Shown here: piece after piece, positions 10,691 through 23,073 of the stretch | Layout: each line of letters begins with the position of its first letter | Position numbering within the stretch: position 1 is the first letter of the stretch | Source of the DNA: Octopus sinensis | Taxonomy: Eukaryota | Direction of reading: 5' to 3' | Assembly: GCF_006345805.1 (NCBI RefSeq) | Contig: NC_043007.1 | Coordinates: 25,358,001 to 25,422,000 of the forward strand | DNA length: 64,000 bases | Program-made: the position numbers and the translations under genes | The notes under the pieces: model-generated | What the model was told of the DNA's origin: nothing | Seen by the model: only the letters and a program-made list of their open reading frames with translations | The model's database searches: none

Positions 10691-12830
10691 TGTACATACA
10701 TACATACATACATACATACGTAAGTACATACATACATACATACATACATACATACATACATGTATGAATATATGTATGTATATATGTACGTATGTATGTA
10801 TATATGTACGTATGTATGTATGTATGTATGTATATATATGTATGTATGTATTCATCTATCTCTCTATCTATCTATCTATCTATCTCTGTGTATGTGTGCG
10901 TGTGTGTATTTGTGTGTATGTATGTGTGTGTATAACCTATCTATCTATCTGTGTATATGCATGTATATGTGTGTGTGTGTTTGTGTGTGTGTATAACCTA
11001 TCTATCTATCTATCTATCTATCTATTTATTTATCTATTTATCTATATATCTATCTGTGTATATGTGTGTATATGTGTGTGTGTATGTATGTATGTATAAC
11101 CTATCTATCTATCTGTGTATATGTGAGCATGTGTGTGTGTGTATGTGTATATATATATATATATATATATGTGTGTATATATATATACACATTCACATAC
11201 ATGCCAACACACGTCTGCATGCACAAGCATAAATACATTTGAAGCGAGGAAGTTCCCTTGTTTAGTCATGTTTTTACTGCCTAGGCCCACTTTTCCGCAT
11301 CATGGCCTTCTCCCTCCCACTCCATCTTTAATCAGTCTTTTGTAGTGGTGTTGATGGTGGTGGAGGTGGTGGTGGCTGTTGTGATGGATGATGGAGGTAG
11401 TGATAGTGATGGGGGCGGGGTGGCAGCAGCGATGGCAGAGGTGACAGTGATGGTAAATGGCGATGATGATGATGATGGTGGTGGTGGTGGTGGTGGTGGT
11501 GGATGATGAAGGGGGTGAAAGTGAAAGTGAAAGTGAAAGGGGGTGGCAGCGGCGGCGATGGTGGTGGCGACGAGGATGATGGCAACAGTGATGATGATGA
11601 TGGTGGTGGCGGGGGGTAATGGTGATGATGCTGATGGTAGTGGTGATGGTGGCAGTGGGGAGATGCATGCTTGTGTGTGTGCGTTTGTGTGTGTGTTTGT
11701 GTTGTGTCCGTGATTCATATATATATATATATATATATACATACATACTTACTTTATATATATACATACATACATATATAAACAGACACTTTATATATAC
11801 ATACATATATAAATATATACATACAAATACTATACATACAACTATACAGACACTTTGTATATACACACACACATGCATGCACACACACACACACGCATGC
11901 ACACACACACACACACGCACGCGCGCACACACACACAAATGAGAGTGTGATAGAGGTGTTGGTGATGGGTGGGAGGAGCCTCTTCTCCCCCCCCCTCTTC
12001 CCCACCCCCTTACGGTGCTGTTATCAGCAGTAGCTGTCAATCAAACACATTTGGAATAAACACTTTGTTTCCTCTGTTTTCAAGCATGAGAAGACACATG
12101 CATATTTGACATACATACGTACGCACACAAACATGCATTATGCCTCTACACACACACACACACACATATACATGTGAGCATACATGCACACAACACACAT
12201 ACACACACAGATAAATACACACTTATATGTGCTCACACACATACACATACTCACACACACACACACGTGCATCCACATACGTGCACTTCTATAGACACTC
12301 ACATGCACAGATATAAACGCATGCATTCATGCACCCTCACCTACATGCACATGCAAGCAGCCATAGATGCACATGTGCACGTGACTAAACATATTCATGC
12401 TCACATACACACACTTATACAACCACATGCGCATACACCCATACACACACACACATGCAAACAGACTCACACTCTGACACACACACACACACACATACAC
12501 ACACACACGCACACATGTACACACACACACACACACATGTACACACACACACACATACGTGTACATACACACACACACACACACATACAGAGCGTAATGT
12601 AGAGACATCCATATACACACATATGCATACGCACAGAGCCTAATACAGAGACATCTGTATACATACAAGTACATGTATGCATTCACACACACACATTCAC
12701 ACACACATATTCACACACACACACACACATGCATGCAAACACACACACACACACACATGCAAACATACTCTCTCTCACACACACTTGCACACGCACATAC
12801 ACACACACACACACACACATACACAGAGCC
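10655..12830. repeat. Microsatellite field (TATG, TATC, GGT, CA)
   Basis: Seen directly, with short unique spacers. Confidence 0.9.
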
Positions 12831-13172
12831 AGTATTGTTGTAAATATTGAATGCTGAGAGAATGTCAGGATTGTTAAGGCTGGAACAACTTTGATCATAG
12901 ATCTGCTCTCCTAGGGATGACCTAGGGTTAAACAAAAACATAGGCAGCGAACACATGCAGAGAAGTATAATTGTGTAGGCATTCATGTGGACGTCTCTTT
13001 CATAAGAGTAGACAACACACATTCATATACAAATATGCATATACAAGTGTGTGTGCGAGTTTGAGGCGTGTGTGAGGCTCTGTGTGTGTGTGTGTGTGCT
13101 GCTTGACAGGAGCTGACTTGGCTCCAATTGCCTGTTTTGGTATGGCTTCTATGACTGGATGTCACTCCTTAA

Positions 13173-13380
13173 CCCTTTTGTTACTAACCCGGCCAAAACC
13201 GGCTCTGGCTCTGGTAAAATATCTTGTTTTGATAAGTTTTGAATTAAAATCTTCCACCAAACCTTAGTCACAATTTATGTTCCTAACACTAGTCGAATGA
13301 TACCTAAGTTATTTTACTAAATTCTTTGTTATATTTAAAATGATTGAAAGAAACACAGAGCATCTCAAAATAAATACAGT

Positions 13381-13414
<34 letters not shown>

Positions 13415-13776
13415 GTTTAACGTCCGTTCTCCATGCTAGCATGGGTTGGACGGTTCGACCGGGGATCAGGGAAGCCAGAAGGCTGCACCAGGCTCCGGTC
13501 TTATCTGGCAATGTTTCTACAGCTGGATGCCCTTCCTAACGCCAACCACTCCGTGAGTGTAGTGGGTGCTTTTTACGTGCCACCTGCACTGGTGCCAGGC
13601 GAGGCTGGCATCGGCCACGGTCGGATTGGTGCATTTTACGTGCCACCTGCATGGAAGCCAGTCGAGGCGGCACTGGCTTCGGCCACGATTCGGATGGTGC
13701 TTCTTACGTGCCACCGACACGGAAGCCAGTCGAGGCGGCGCTGGCATCGGCCACGATTCAGATAGTGCTTTTAGGG
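13173..13776. mobile_element. piggyBac-like MITE (right TIR split by RTE insertion)
   Basis: TTAA|CCCTTTTGTTACT ... AGTAA[insert]AGGG|TTAA; TTAA at 13169-13172 and 13777-13780. Confidence 0.65.
13382..13772 (-). mobile_element. 5'-truncated RTE LINE (3' UTR only, 3 VNTR units)
   Basis: (ATG)n tail; similar to the 3' UTR of the RTE at 36081-36586. Confidence 0.8.
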
Positions 13777-13874
13777 TTAATGCCAACCACTTTACACAGT
13801 GTGCTGGGTGCTTCTTAAGTGGCACCGACACAAGCGCCTTTTACAGTGTGCTTTATTCATGACACTGGCATGAC

Positions 13875-14224
13875 AGTTGTATGGTCATGAATTTGATAAT
13901 TCTGGTGGGAGATTGTATCCTTGAGCAAGACACTTTATTTCACGTTACTCCAATCCATCGAGCTGGCAAAAATGAGTGGTACCAGTATATAAAAGGGCCA
14001 GCCTTGTCACATTCTGTGTCATGTTGGATCTCACTGAGAACTATGTTAGAAGCATGCATATAGGCGCAGGAGTGGCTGTGTGGTAAGTAGCTTGCTAACC
14101 AACCACATGGTTCTGGGTTCAGTCCCACTGCGTGGCATCTTGAGCAAGTGTCTTCTGCTATAGCCCCGGGCCGACCAATGCCTTGGGAGTGGATTTGGTA
14201 GACGGAAACTGAAAGAAGCCTGTC

Positions 14225-14268
<44 letters not shown>

Positions 14269-14579
14269 ATCTGTGTTTGTCCCTCTAGCATTGCTTGACA
14301 ATCGATGCTGGTGTGTTTACGTCCCCATCACTTAGCGGTTCGGCAAAAGAGACCGATAGAATAAGTACTGGGCTTACAAAGAATAAGTCCTGGGGTCGAT
14401 TTGCTCGACTAAAGGCGGTGCTCCAGCATGGCCGTAGTCAAATGACTGAAACAAGTAAAAGAGTAAAAAGAGAGAGAGTATGTCTGTGGAGTGCTCAGCC
14501 ACTCTTATGTTAATTTCATGAGCAGCTGTTCCTTTGATTGAATCATCTGGAACTCTCATTGTCACAACTGATGGAGTGC

Positions 14580-14582
<3 letters not shown>
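13875..14582 (+). mobile_element. Old SINE head F + tail Y, split by a family A copy
   Basis: cttgagcaagacactttatttcacg..aaagggccagccttgtcac.. resumes as gtctgtggagtgctcagcc after 14478. Confidence 0.65.
14063..14478 (+). mobile_element. Family A SINE
   Basis: Near-consensus full-length copy. Confidence 0.9.
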
Positions 14583-14610
<28 letters not shown>

Positions 14611-14653
14611 GTATGTGTGTATTATTTGTACAGTATGATAACTTAAGCTCTAT

Positions 14654-15060
14654 AGGAGTGGCTGTGTGGTAAGTAGCTTGCTTACAAACCACATGGTTCC
14701 GGGTTCAGTCCCACAGCGTGGCACCTTGAGCGAGTGTCTTCTACTATAGCCTTGGGCCGACCAAATCCTTGTGAGTGGATTTGGTAGATGGAAACTGAAA
14801 GAAGCCCATTGTATATATGTATATATGTGTATGTATGTGTGTGTATATATTTGTGTGTCTGTGTTTGTCCCCACCAACATCGCTTGACAACCGATGCTGG
14901 TGTGTTTGCGTCCTCTTAACTTAGTGGTTCGGCAAAAGAGTCTGATAGAATAAGTACTAGGCTTACAAAGTATAAGTCCTGGGGTCAGTTTGTTCGACTA
15001 AAGGCGGTGCTCCAGCATGGCCACAGTCAAACGACTGAAACAAGTAAAAGAGTAAAAAGA
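14654..15060 (+). mobile_element. Family A SINE
   Basis: Full-length copy. Confidence 0.9.
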
Positions 15061-15087
15061 GCTAAAGTTTATCAAATGGTTTCATAA

Positions 15088-15480
15088 GGCACAGGAGTGG
15101 CTGTGTGGTAAGTAGCTTGCTTACCAACCACATGGCTCCGGGTTCAGTCCCACTGTGTGGCATCTTGGGCAAGTGTCTTTTGCTATAGCTCCGGGCCGAC
15201 TAATGCCTTGTGAGTGGATTTGGTAGACGGAAACTGAAAGAAGCCTGTCGTATATATGTATATATATATGTGTGTCTGTGTTTGTCCTCCTAGCATTGCT
15301 CGACAACCGATGCTGGTGTGTTTACGTCCCCGTCACTTAGCGGTTCGGCAAAAGAGACCGATAGAATAAGTACTGGGCTTACAAAGAATAAGTCCCGGGG
15401 TCGATTTGCTTGACTAAAGGCGGTGCTCCAGCATGGCCACAGTCAAATGACTAAAACAAGTAAAAGAGTAAAAGCGTAAA
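15088..15480 (+). mobile_element. Family A SINE
   Basis: Full-length copy. Confidence 0.9.
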
Positions 15481-15651
15481 ATATTTTCAGCTTCCCAACA
15501 AAGAAAGAATAAATATAAAACCACCTGACACAGCTGATCAGAAATGTTTTAATAACATACTCTCTCATTTACCTTATTTTGTGTGTGCTCTTTCTGACAT
15601 ATGAAATCTCATTGGACAGTTATATTACATACATACATACATACATGATAA

Positions 15652-15903
15652 AAATAAATGCGCCCTTTTAAAGCCTAGCCAGGCTCATGGGCCCGGTTTC
15701 CCGGTTTCTATGGCGTATGTGTTCCCCAGCTGGATGGGACGCCAGTCCATCGCAGCGTTACTCATTTTTGCCAGCTGAGTGGACTGGAGCAACATGAAAT
15801 GAAGTGTTTTGCTCAAGAACACAACATGTCGCCCGGTCCAGGAATCGAAACCACAATCTTACGATCATGGTGCTGACTCCCAAACCACTAAGCCACGCGC
15901 CTC
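15652..15903 (-). mobile_element. SINE head F + tail X
   Basis: GGCGCGTGGCTTAGTGG..CTTGAGCAAAACAC..GGCAAAAATGAGT then CTGCGATGGACTGGCGTCCCATCCAG tail. Confidence 0.8.
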
Positions 15904-16050
15904 TACACATACATACATACATACATACATACATACATACATACATACATACATACATACATACATACATACATACATGCATCCATGCATGCATGCATAC
16001 GTACGTACATACACACATACACACATACATACATACATACATACATACAT

Positions 16051-16081
<31 letters not shown>

Positions 16082-16705
16082 TACATACATACACACACAC
16101 ACATACATACATACACACACACACATACATAATACATACATACATACATACACACACACATATACATATACATTCATATAGATGTGTGTGTGTGTGTGTG
16201 TGTGTGTGTTGAGAGAGACAGAGAGAGCGGGGGAGAAAAAGAATTATGTCTAATAGTCAACATCTTTGTTATTTGTTATCTTTTTAGGAGGAAAAAAAAA
16301 ATATTAACACTCATGAGAATATAGGAATGAGAGACTGACGGAATGGGGAAACAAGGAATACTTCAGTTCTGTGGCAGATAGGAAGGTAAGGGAAATAAAA
16401 CGAGGGTGGCGGTGGTGGTGGTCGTGGTTGGGAAAGGAAGACAAAATTTATATAGTTGAGTTGTTAACTGAAAGAATACGAGGAAAGCAGGAAAGAATGT
16501 ATGCATGCATGCATGTGCAAATGCAGATTCATGCATGCATAACAAGGTCAATACTCCAAGTGTGAATGAAGAAATACATTAAACAGATAGAAGAGAAAGG
16601 CTGGGTTATACAACAACAGCAGCAGCAACAACAACAACATCAGCAGCAGCAGCAGCAGCAGCAATAACAACAACAACAGCAACAACAACAAAACAACACC
16701 TCTAC

Positions 16706-18250
16706 AATAATAGTTTATTTTATTTGCCACAAGGGCGTTAGATGAGAAATACATTACAAAGGCAGGTTACAATTTGCATAGGAATTTACATAAATTAGGT
16801 TCAGGGCAGAAAAAAAGGGATGGGGGAAGAAATGAGATGAAAAGTATATATAGAATACAAAATATGCGAATACATGGATGCAGCCTTCTGATACAGAAGA
16901 GCCCCCAATTAGGACCAATCAAAGAATCCCTACAGATCTAGTATCATTCTGACTACGAAAAGAACATGCCCTCTTCCAACTGTTGTTCTAGAATCTACAA
17001 CCACATGCTTAGAGTAGGTAATTATTCTGTGCAGATGAAAGGAAATAACCTAGAAATCGCAATACAAAGATATTGTCTTGAGCTGAGTTGGGGTGCTAGA
17101 TTCCCTTGTTCGAAAATATAAGGACACAGATCGTGTTGTACAGCCAGCTAGAGACAATGTCTCCTGGAGCCAAATTACAGCAATATTTGTCCTAAATCAG
17201 GCCTGCTATGTTATGTTGGCAAAATAATCTTTACTGTTGCTGAATATCTCTTGTTGTGAGATTTAAAAATAGTAATTTTCTAATTTATAGATCAGTGACT
17301 AGTTGTCACTTTGCAAACTATATATTTTGAATGGGAATTTGGCAGCACCATCTGTAGCCAAACAATTATTCTGTACTGATGAAGAGAAATAACCCAGAAA
17401 TCACGATACATGGGTATTGTTTTGAGCTGAGTTGGGGTGCTAGATTCCCTTGTTCGAAAATATAAGGACACATATCGTGTTGTATAGCTAGCTGGAGACG
17501 ATGTTTCCTAGGGCAAAATTACAGCAACATTTGTCCTAAACCAGGACTGCCATGTTATATTGGCAAACAATCTTTACTGTTGCTGAATTGTTGTGAAAAT
17601 ATAAGAACACAGATCGTGTCGTATAGCTAGCTGGAGACGATGTCTCCTGGGGCTAAATTACAGCAACATTTGTCCTAAACCAGGATTGCCATGTTATGTT
17701 GGAAAAAATCTTTACTCTATAGTTTCATTCAGTTTAAATGTTCTCCCCAAGAGTCCCCCACCTTTTGAAAAATTCACTGGTGAGAAATATTTCCATCTCT
17801 ACCCTAAGTCTCTTTTCTAAATGGAACTAGAAAAGTCTGTGAGAGTTTGACCAAAGAGTAAAGTATCTGCTCCCAATTCTTGCAGCCTCATGCATCACAC
17901 AACTTTTTTTGGCACTGCCAAAAGACATAAGAAAACTGCTTGTACAGCCTTATTAAAGGAGGGCAGTAGGGCAATCTTCACAATGGACTTGTTTGATAGC
18001 TGGATGTTACATGTGACAACAGCTGCCCAACATAACTTCAAAAGCAATATTTGGACACTGCACAAGTACCTGCAGTATGGTTTCACCACTCTGTGTGTGT
18101 CTCAGATAGTCCTGCATGGTGGCTCTTCTCTGTTTATATAATTTATCTTGAACCAGCAATGCTCGTCAGCATAGTCAAACTAAGGATTTCCAAAAGGTAT
18201 CCATAGTAGTCTTCAGCCCAAAAGTCTTCTGGAATAGACCTGCCAGTTCA
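16706..18250 (-). mobile_element. L1/Tx1-like LINE: ORF2 C-terminal remnant plus putative 3' UTR
   Basis: 17735-18250 translates with frameshifts to QDKLYK..SGETILQVLVQCP..SIVKI..AVFLCLLAVPKKVV..FHLEKRLRVE..FKRW (decayed zinc-knuckle region); ends cccttgtggcaaataaaataaa. The UTR assignment is inferred. Confidence 0.55.
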
Positions 18251-18295
18251 TACTACTACTACTACTACTACTTCTACTACTATGACAACGACGAC

Positions 18296-19090
18296 ACTGA
18301 GGCATTTAGTTTGCAGCGCTCAAGAACAAGATCTAAGAATAAACTACTCCAATATCACATTCATAAAAGTACTGACTCACCACAATGTAGGATGTGCTCT
18401 GAGAAGGGAGAAAGTATAAGCCATATTGTTTGTGAGAGCTGTAAACTCGCACAATGCGAATACAAAAGGAGACACAACAATGTAGACAGATAAGTCCACT
18501 GGCTGTTGTGCAGTAAAGCAAACCTCGAGAGAGCTGAACAATAGTATGGGCACAAGCCAGAGGGAGTGATGGAAAATGGCCATTACAAAAAACTCTGGGA
18601 TTTTTTACATGCAGTGCGACCAAGTTATAGAAGCAAGACGACCAGATATTGTGCTCATCCATAAAGATGAACAAGAAGTAAAGATAATAGATTTTGCAAT
18701 ACTAGGTGATTCGAGGGTGAAATTTAAGGAAACAGATAAGATTGAGAAATACCAGCCACTGCGGGATGAGATAGAAAAGTTATGGGGCATGAGGAAAGTA
18801 ATGGTGATCCTGGTAGCAACTGGAGTATTAAGAGTAATTTCCAAGGGCTTTGAAAAGCATATTGAGAATATTGGAGCTGCTGTCAGGCTCGAAGTGATCC
18901 AGAAGACAGCATTGATCCAGGGTACAGCTTGCATTCTAAGGAGAGAGTTGTCTCTTTGAGTCATAGGAGAAGCCACTACTTGAAACCTTTGGTGATTTGT
19001 TATTGGCTGCTTTTAAGTAAAGAATAACCAGTAATTAAGAACTATCTGAGAGTTTTTCAGAATAACAATAAAAATATTAATAACAATAAA
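18296..19090 (+). mobile_element. R4/Dong-like RLE-type non-LTR retrotransposon, 3' fragment (pseudogene)
   Basis: CRMC..ESISHIV..C zinc knuckle, EYKRRHN, RRPDIVL..IIDFAI.GD restriction-like endonuclease, KIEKYQ.L..EI..LW; stops and frameshift; AAT-rich tail. Confidence 0.8.
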
Positions 19091-19454
19091 AATCAAAATG
19101 TAATCTCAAAATACACTAATAAGAAAATGGTTTAGAAAATACCCCTCTTCATAATCAATATCTTGCAAAATTTGACAAAAAGAATTCAGTCAGGCTGAAA
19201 ATGAACAACAGTCAAAAGTTGTGGGTTAAAAGCACCACCGATAAGTATAAAGGTAATGGAAGAAAGATGCTAAAATCAAATATAAACCATGCAATCAATA
19301 CAATGAGATTATTAACCACAATATTTCCAGCTGCCAAGTCCTTGCTAAGTTTTGGTATGTTCAGAAACATGATTGTATTGGAAGCTATGTCTACTTGGCA
19401 ACATGCTCACACATTAAGGTGGAAAGCTAGCATTTAAGACAGTGAGCTGGCTCC

Positions 19455-19672
19455 AAAGGTGGCGAACTGGTAGAATCATAAGCATGCTGAGAAGAATGCT
19501 TAGCAGCATTTCATCTGTCTTTGTGTTCTGAGTTCAAATTCTGCCGGGGCTCACTTTGCCTTTCATCCTTTCAGGGTTGATAAAATAAGTACCAGTTGAA
19601 CACTGGGGTTGATGTGTTTGACTTAGCCCCTGCTCCATGGTTGTTGGCCTTGTGCCAAAATTTGAAACCAGT
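19455..19672 (+). mobile_element. Family C SINE, older tail-2 variant
   Basis: Nin-like core; tail ggccttgtgccaaaatttgaaacc. Confidence 0.65.
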
Positions 19673-19767
19673 ATGCTCACATATTGATACGGAAACAGAT
19701 AAGAAGTGATATAAGCATATACTAAATACAGTACATAATAGTGGCCTGACCCTAATCATGGGAGACC

Positions 19768-20028
19768 TACCTTAAGGAAAGGTAAAGTTATCTTCTCAAG
19801 TCATACTGACTTACAAGGGCCTGTTTCCCTGTTTCCATGGTGCATATATTCCCCACCAGGATGGGATGCCAGTCCATTGCAGGATTACTCATTTTTGCTA
19901 GCTGAGGGGCCTGGAGCAACATGAAATGAAGTGTTTTGCTCAAGAACACGATGCATCACCCAGTGCACAAATTGAAACCACAATCTTACAATCATGAGTC
20001 CAACATCCAAACCACTAAACCATGCGCC
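19768..20028 (-). mobile_element. SINE head F + tail X (older)
   Basis: Similarity to 15652-15903. Confidence 0.7.
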
Positions 20029-20035
20029 GATACTT

Positions 20036-21178
20036 GGAGACAAGGCTTTCAACTCTGTGCCACACAAAAGGCTTATGGTGAAACTCTCTGCAATGGGTGT
20101 GAGGGATGACCTTTTTAACTGGTTGAAATCCTTCATCCTCAGCCGAAAGGAGGTAGTCACAGTTCTAGGACAGCACTCTACACCATATGAGATGTCATCG
20201 GGTGTACCACAGGGATCTGTCCTTGGTCCCCTCTTGTTTGTGGCATACATTAATGACATAGATGCCAATTTAAAGAATGCCACAGTATTGAAATATGCAG
20301 ACGACATCAAGCTGTACCTTGAAATCAAGAGGACAGATCCTGATGTCTACAACTCTTTCCTGCAATCAGACCTAGACACAATGCAGCAATGGATCACAGA
20401 CTGGCAACTGAAACTGGCTGTGGACAAGTGTACCACCATGCATATTGGGAGAAAAAACCCTGTGTCCACATACTCCCTCCACAACACTGATATCAAGAAA
20501 TCCTCTTGCGAGCGTGACCTAGGCATCACTGTCAGCAGTGATTTGCGTTGGACAAAGCATATCTCTAAAATTGTCAAGAAGGCCGAGGGTGTCTTGGCAT
20601 CACTCAGCAAGACTTTTGTTAGCCGCTCTCCAGCCATCTATTTAAAACTGTATACAGCTATGGTACGACCACACTTGGAATTCGCATCATCAGTTTGGAA
20701 CCCCTATCTTGCTCAGAACATTGACCTCCTGGAATCTGTCCAGAGACGTCCAACCAAACGCATACCCTCCATCAGACACCTACCATATTCTGAGCGCCTT
20801 GTTTCCCTGGGCATGGATTCACTGAAGCTCTGGCGTCTGGCGACGGACTTGGTAAACACCCACAAAGTTATCAACCACCTCACCAACAACAACACTGAAC
20901 ACCTTTTTGATCTCCATGTGTCTAACACACGTGGACATGCCTACAAAGTCAGAAAACAACACAGCTCCCATGACTTTCGGAAACATTTTTTCACGCTCAG
21001 AGTTGCTGAAGCATGGAATAAACTGCCTGTTTCAGTTGTTGACTGCCATGACACTGCATCCTTTAAGGCCCTCATGCTTTCCGAAATCCGACGAAACTAC
21101 ACCTGATTATATATACACTTTAGATGAGTTGTAGTGCACCTGAGCACTGTACACAATTATTATTATTATTATTATTAT
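20036..21178 (+). mobile_element. 5'-truncated CR1-clade LINE
   Basis: RT ORF, short 3' UTR and (ATT)n tail at ~21157-21178. Confidence 0.9.
20042..21106 (+). CDS. Reverse transcriptase (CR1-like ORF2, 3' part, uninterrupted)
   Basis: KAFNSVPH, GVPQGSVLGPLLF, KYADD, ERDLGI, LY..MVRPHLEF..SVWNP, TRGH..K, F..RV...WN.LP motifs. Confidence 0.9.
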   Translation, partial: KAFNSVPHKRLMVKLSAMGVRDDLFNWLKSFILSRKEVVTVLGQHSTPYEMSSGVPQGSVLGPLLFVAYINDIDANLKNATVLKYADDIKLYLEIKRTDPDVYNSFLQSDLDTMQQWITDWQLKLAVDKCTTMHIGRKNPVSTYSLHNTDIKKSSCERDLGITVSSDLRWTKHISKIVKKAEGVLASLSKTFVSRSPAIYLKLYTAMVRPHLEFASSVWNPYLAQNIDLLESVQRRPTKRIPSIRHLPYSERLVSLGMDSLKLWRLATDLVNTHKVINHLTNNNTEHLFDLHVSNTRGHAYKVRKQHSSHDFRKHFFTLRVAEAWNKLPVSVVDCHDTASFKALMLSEIRRNYT

Positions 21179-21327
21179 ACCAATCCAGACGAATAATAAG
21201 ATCAAAGGAAGCTGTCCAGATATAATTATCAAGGACTAGAATGAAAAATCTCTCTACTTTGATAAATGTCCAGATCCCTTTGTTCAGAAAGAGGCAGAGA
21301 AACTGTCAAAGCAGAAGTATCTTGAAA

Positions 21328-21617
21328 CTAGCAGTATCGCCCGGCATTGCTCGGGTTTGTTTCGACCCTTCAGAATTGGAATTTTTGAAAAGTAAGAATT
21401 TTGCATTATGTAGCTTGTTATTCTCTTTAAGTGAACATTTTTCTGGTTGAAATGCACTGAAAAATGATGACACAGCAGTCAAAAAATCATAAAAAATAGG
21501 GATTTTCATAGAAAAAAAACACCTTTTTGATGTAAATAATTTTTGGTGTTATCATGGTCCGATTTGAATTTTTTCTTCTACGGAATGAAGAGCAAGCCTT
21601 CTTCTATCATACTCTCA
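21328..21617 (-). mobile_element. Non-autonomous Helitron, 3' portion (same family as 55399-55793)
   Basis: Hairpin plus CTAG|T end; reverse complement of 55500-55793. Confidence 0.8.
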
Positions 21618-21706
21618 TGTATGCATGCATGTATGTATGTATGTATGTATGTATGTATGTATGTATGTATGTATGTATGTATGTATGTATGTATCTGCCT
21701 ATCTAT

Positions 21707-21799
<93 letters not shown>

Positions 21800-22588
21800 A
21801 ATCTATCTATGTATGAATGTATGCATGTATGTATGTATGTATGTATGTATGTATGTATCTATCTATCTATCTACCTACCTACCTACCTACCTACCTATCT
21901 ATCTACCTATCTAGCTGTCTATATATGCATATATGCACAAGTACACACACACACGTGCACATACATACATGTGTGTGTGTGTGCGATGTGTGAGTTCCAA
22001 TATAAAAATAAGTTTTTCAGTATATTTCAGTAGAACTGGCATGCATCTGAGGAATACATCATTGTCATGAGGTATCGATAGTAACCAATATATTGTATTA
22101 ACTATCAATTGATTTATGACTGTCATGAGACTCTAATATAGATTCTTAGATTATAGATTCATAGTTTCCATATATGTGTGTGTGTGTGTGTGTGTGTATG
22201 AATGTGTGTATGTGTGTCCATGTGTGTCTCTCTCTCTATATATATGTATATATGTATATATATATATAAAAGTTTCCTTTTAAGAATGAGAAAGAGAACT
22301 TCAATATATAAAGTAGATTTTTTCATTAGCTGAGAATACTGCAGGATTTAGTGAAGGGCCTACGTTTAATAAGTTTCTTGGCACAAAACACTTTTGTGTA
22401 AGTCCTGTAGTATTCTCAGCTGATAAAAGATTATATATAATATATCTATCTATCTATCTATCTATATATATATATATTATATATGTGTGTGTGTGTATAT
22501 ATATATGTAAATTTATATTTATACATATATCTATGTTTATATATATGTACACATGTATATATATACACACATATATACATTAATATAC

Positions 22589-22633
<45 letters not shown>

Positions 22634-22671
22634 TACATATATATAAATATACATATATAAATATATGTATG

Positions 22672-22763
<92 letters not shown>

Positions 22764-22853
22764 TACATATATATAAATATATATATATATATAAATATAT
22801 GTATGTATATATATGTATATGTAGATATATATATATATATATATGTATATATA

Positions 22854-22890
<37 letters not shown>

Positions 22891-23033
22891 AATATTATTT
22901 GAGACAATGTATGTATGCATATATTAGTGCATTTTTTACCCACAGATATCCATATCTATTTACCTATATGTCTGTCTTTCAATATATATATATATGTACA
23001 TAAATATATATTATACACACACACACACACACA

Positions 23034-23073
<40 letters not shown>

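Larger units (their letters stand above)
19250..21327 (+). pseudogene. Older R4-like copy broken into three collinear pieces
   Basis: 19257-19433 PCNQYNEIINHNISSCQVLAK.WYVQKHD; 19681-19766 ETDKK*YKH..TLIMGD; 21178-21327 PIQT..CPDIIIKD..KEAEKLSK.KYLE. Confidence 0.6.

Noticed and set aside
16288-16385. Exon-like block with good acceptor and GTAAGG donor
   Set aside because: Stop codons in all three frames and no other support.
19994-20041. ATG start of the 370-aa RT ORF (likewise 37603-37680 for the RTE ORF)
   Set aside because: These N-terminal residues come from adjacent SINE or microsatellite sequence; both LINEs are 5'-truncated, so neither is an autonomous gene.
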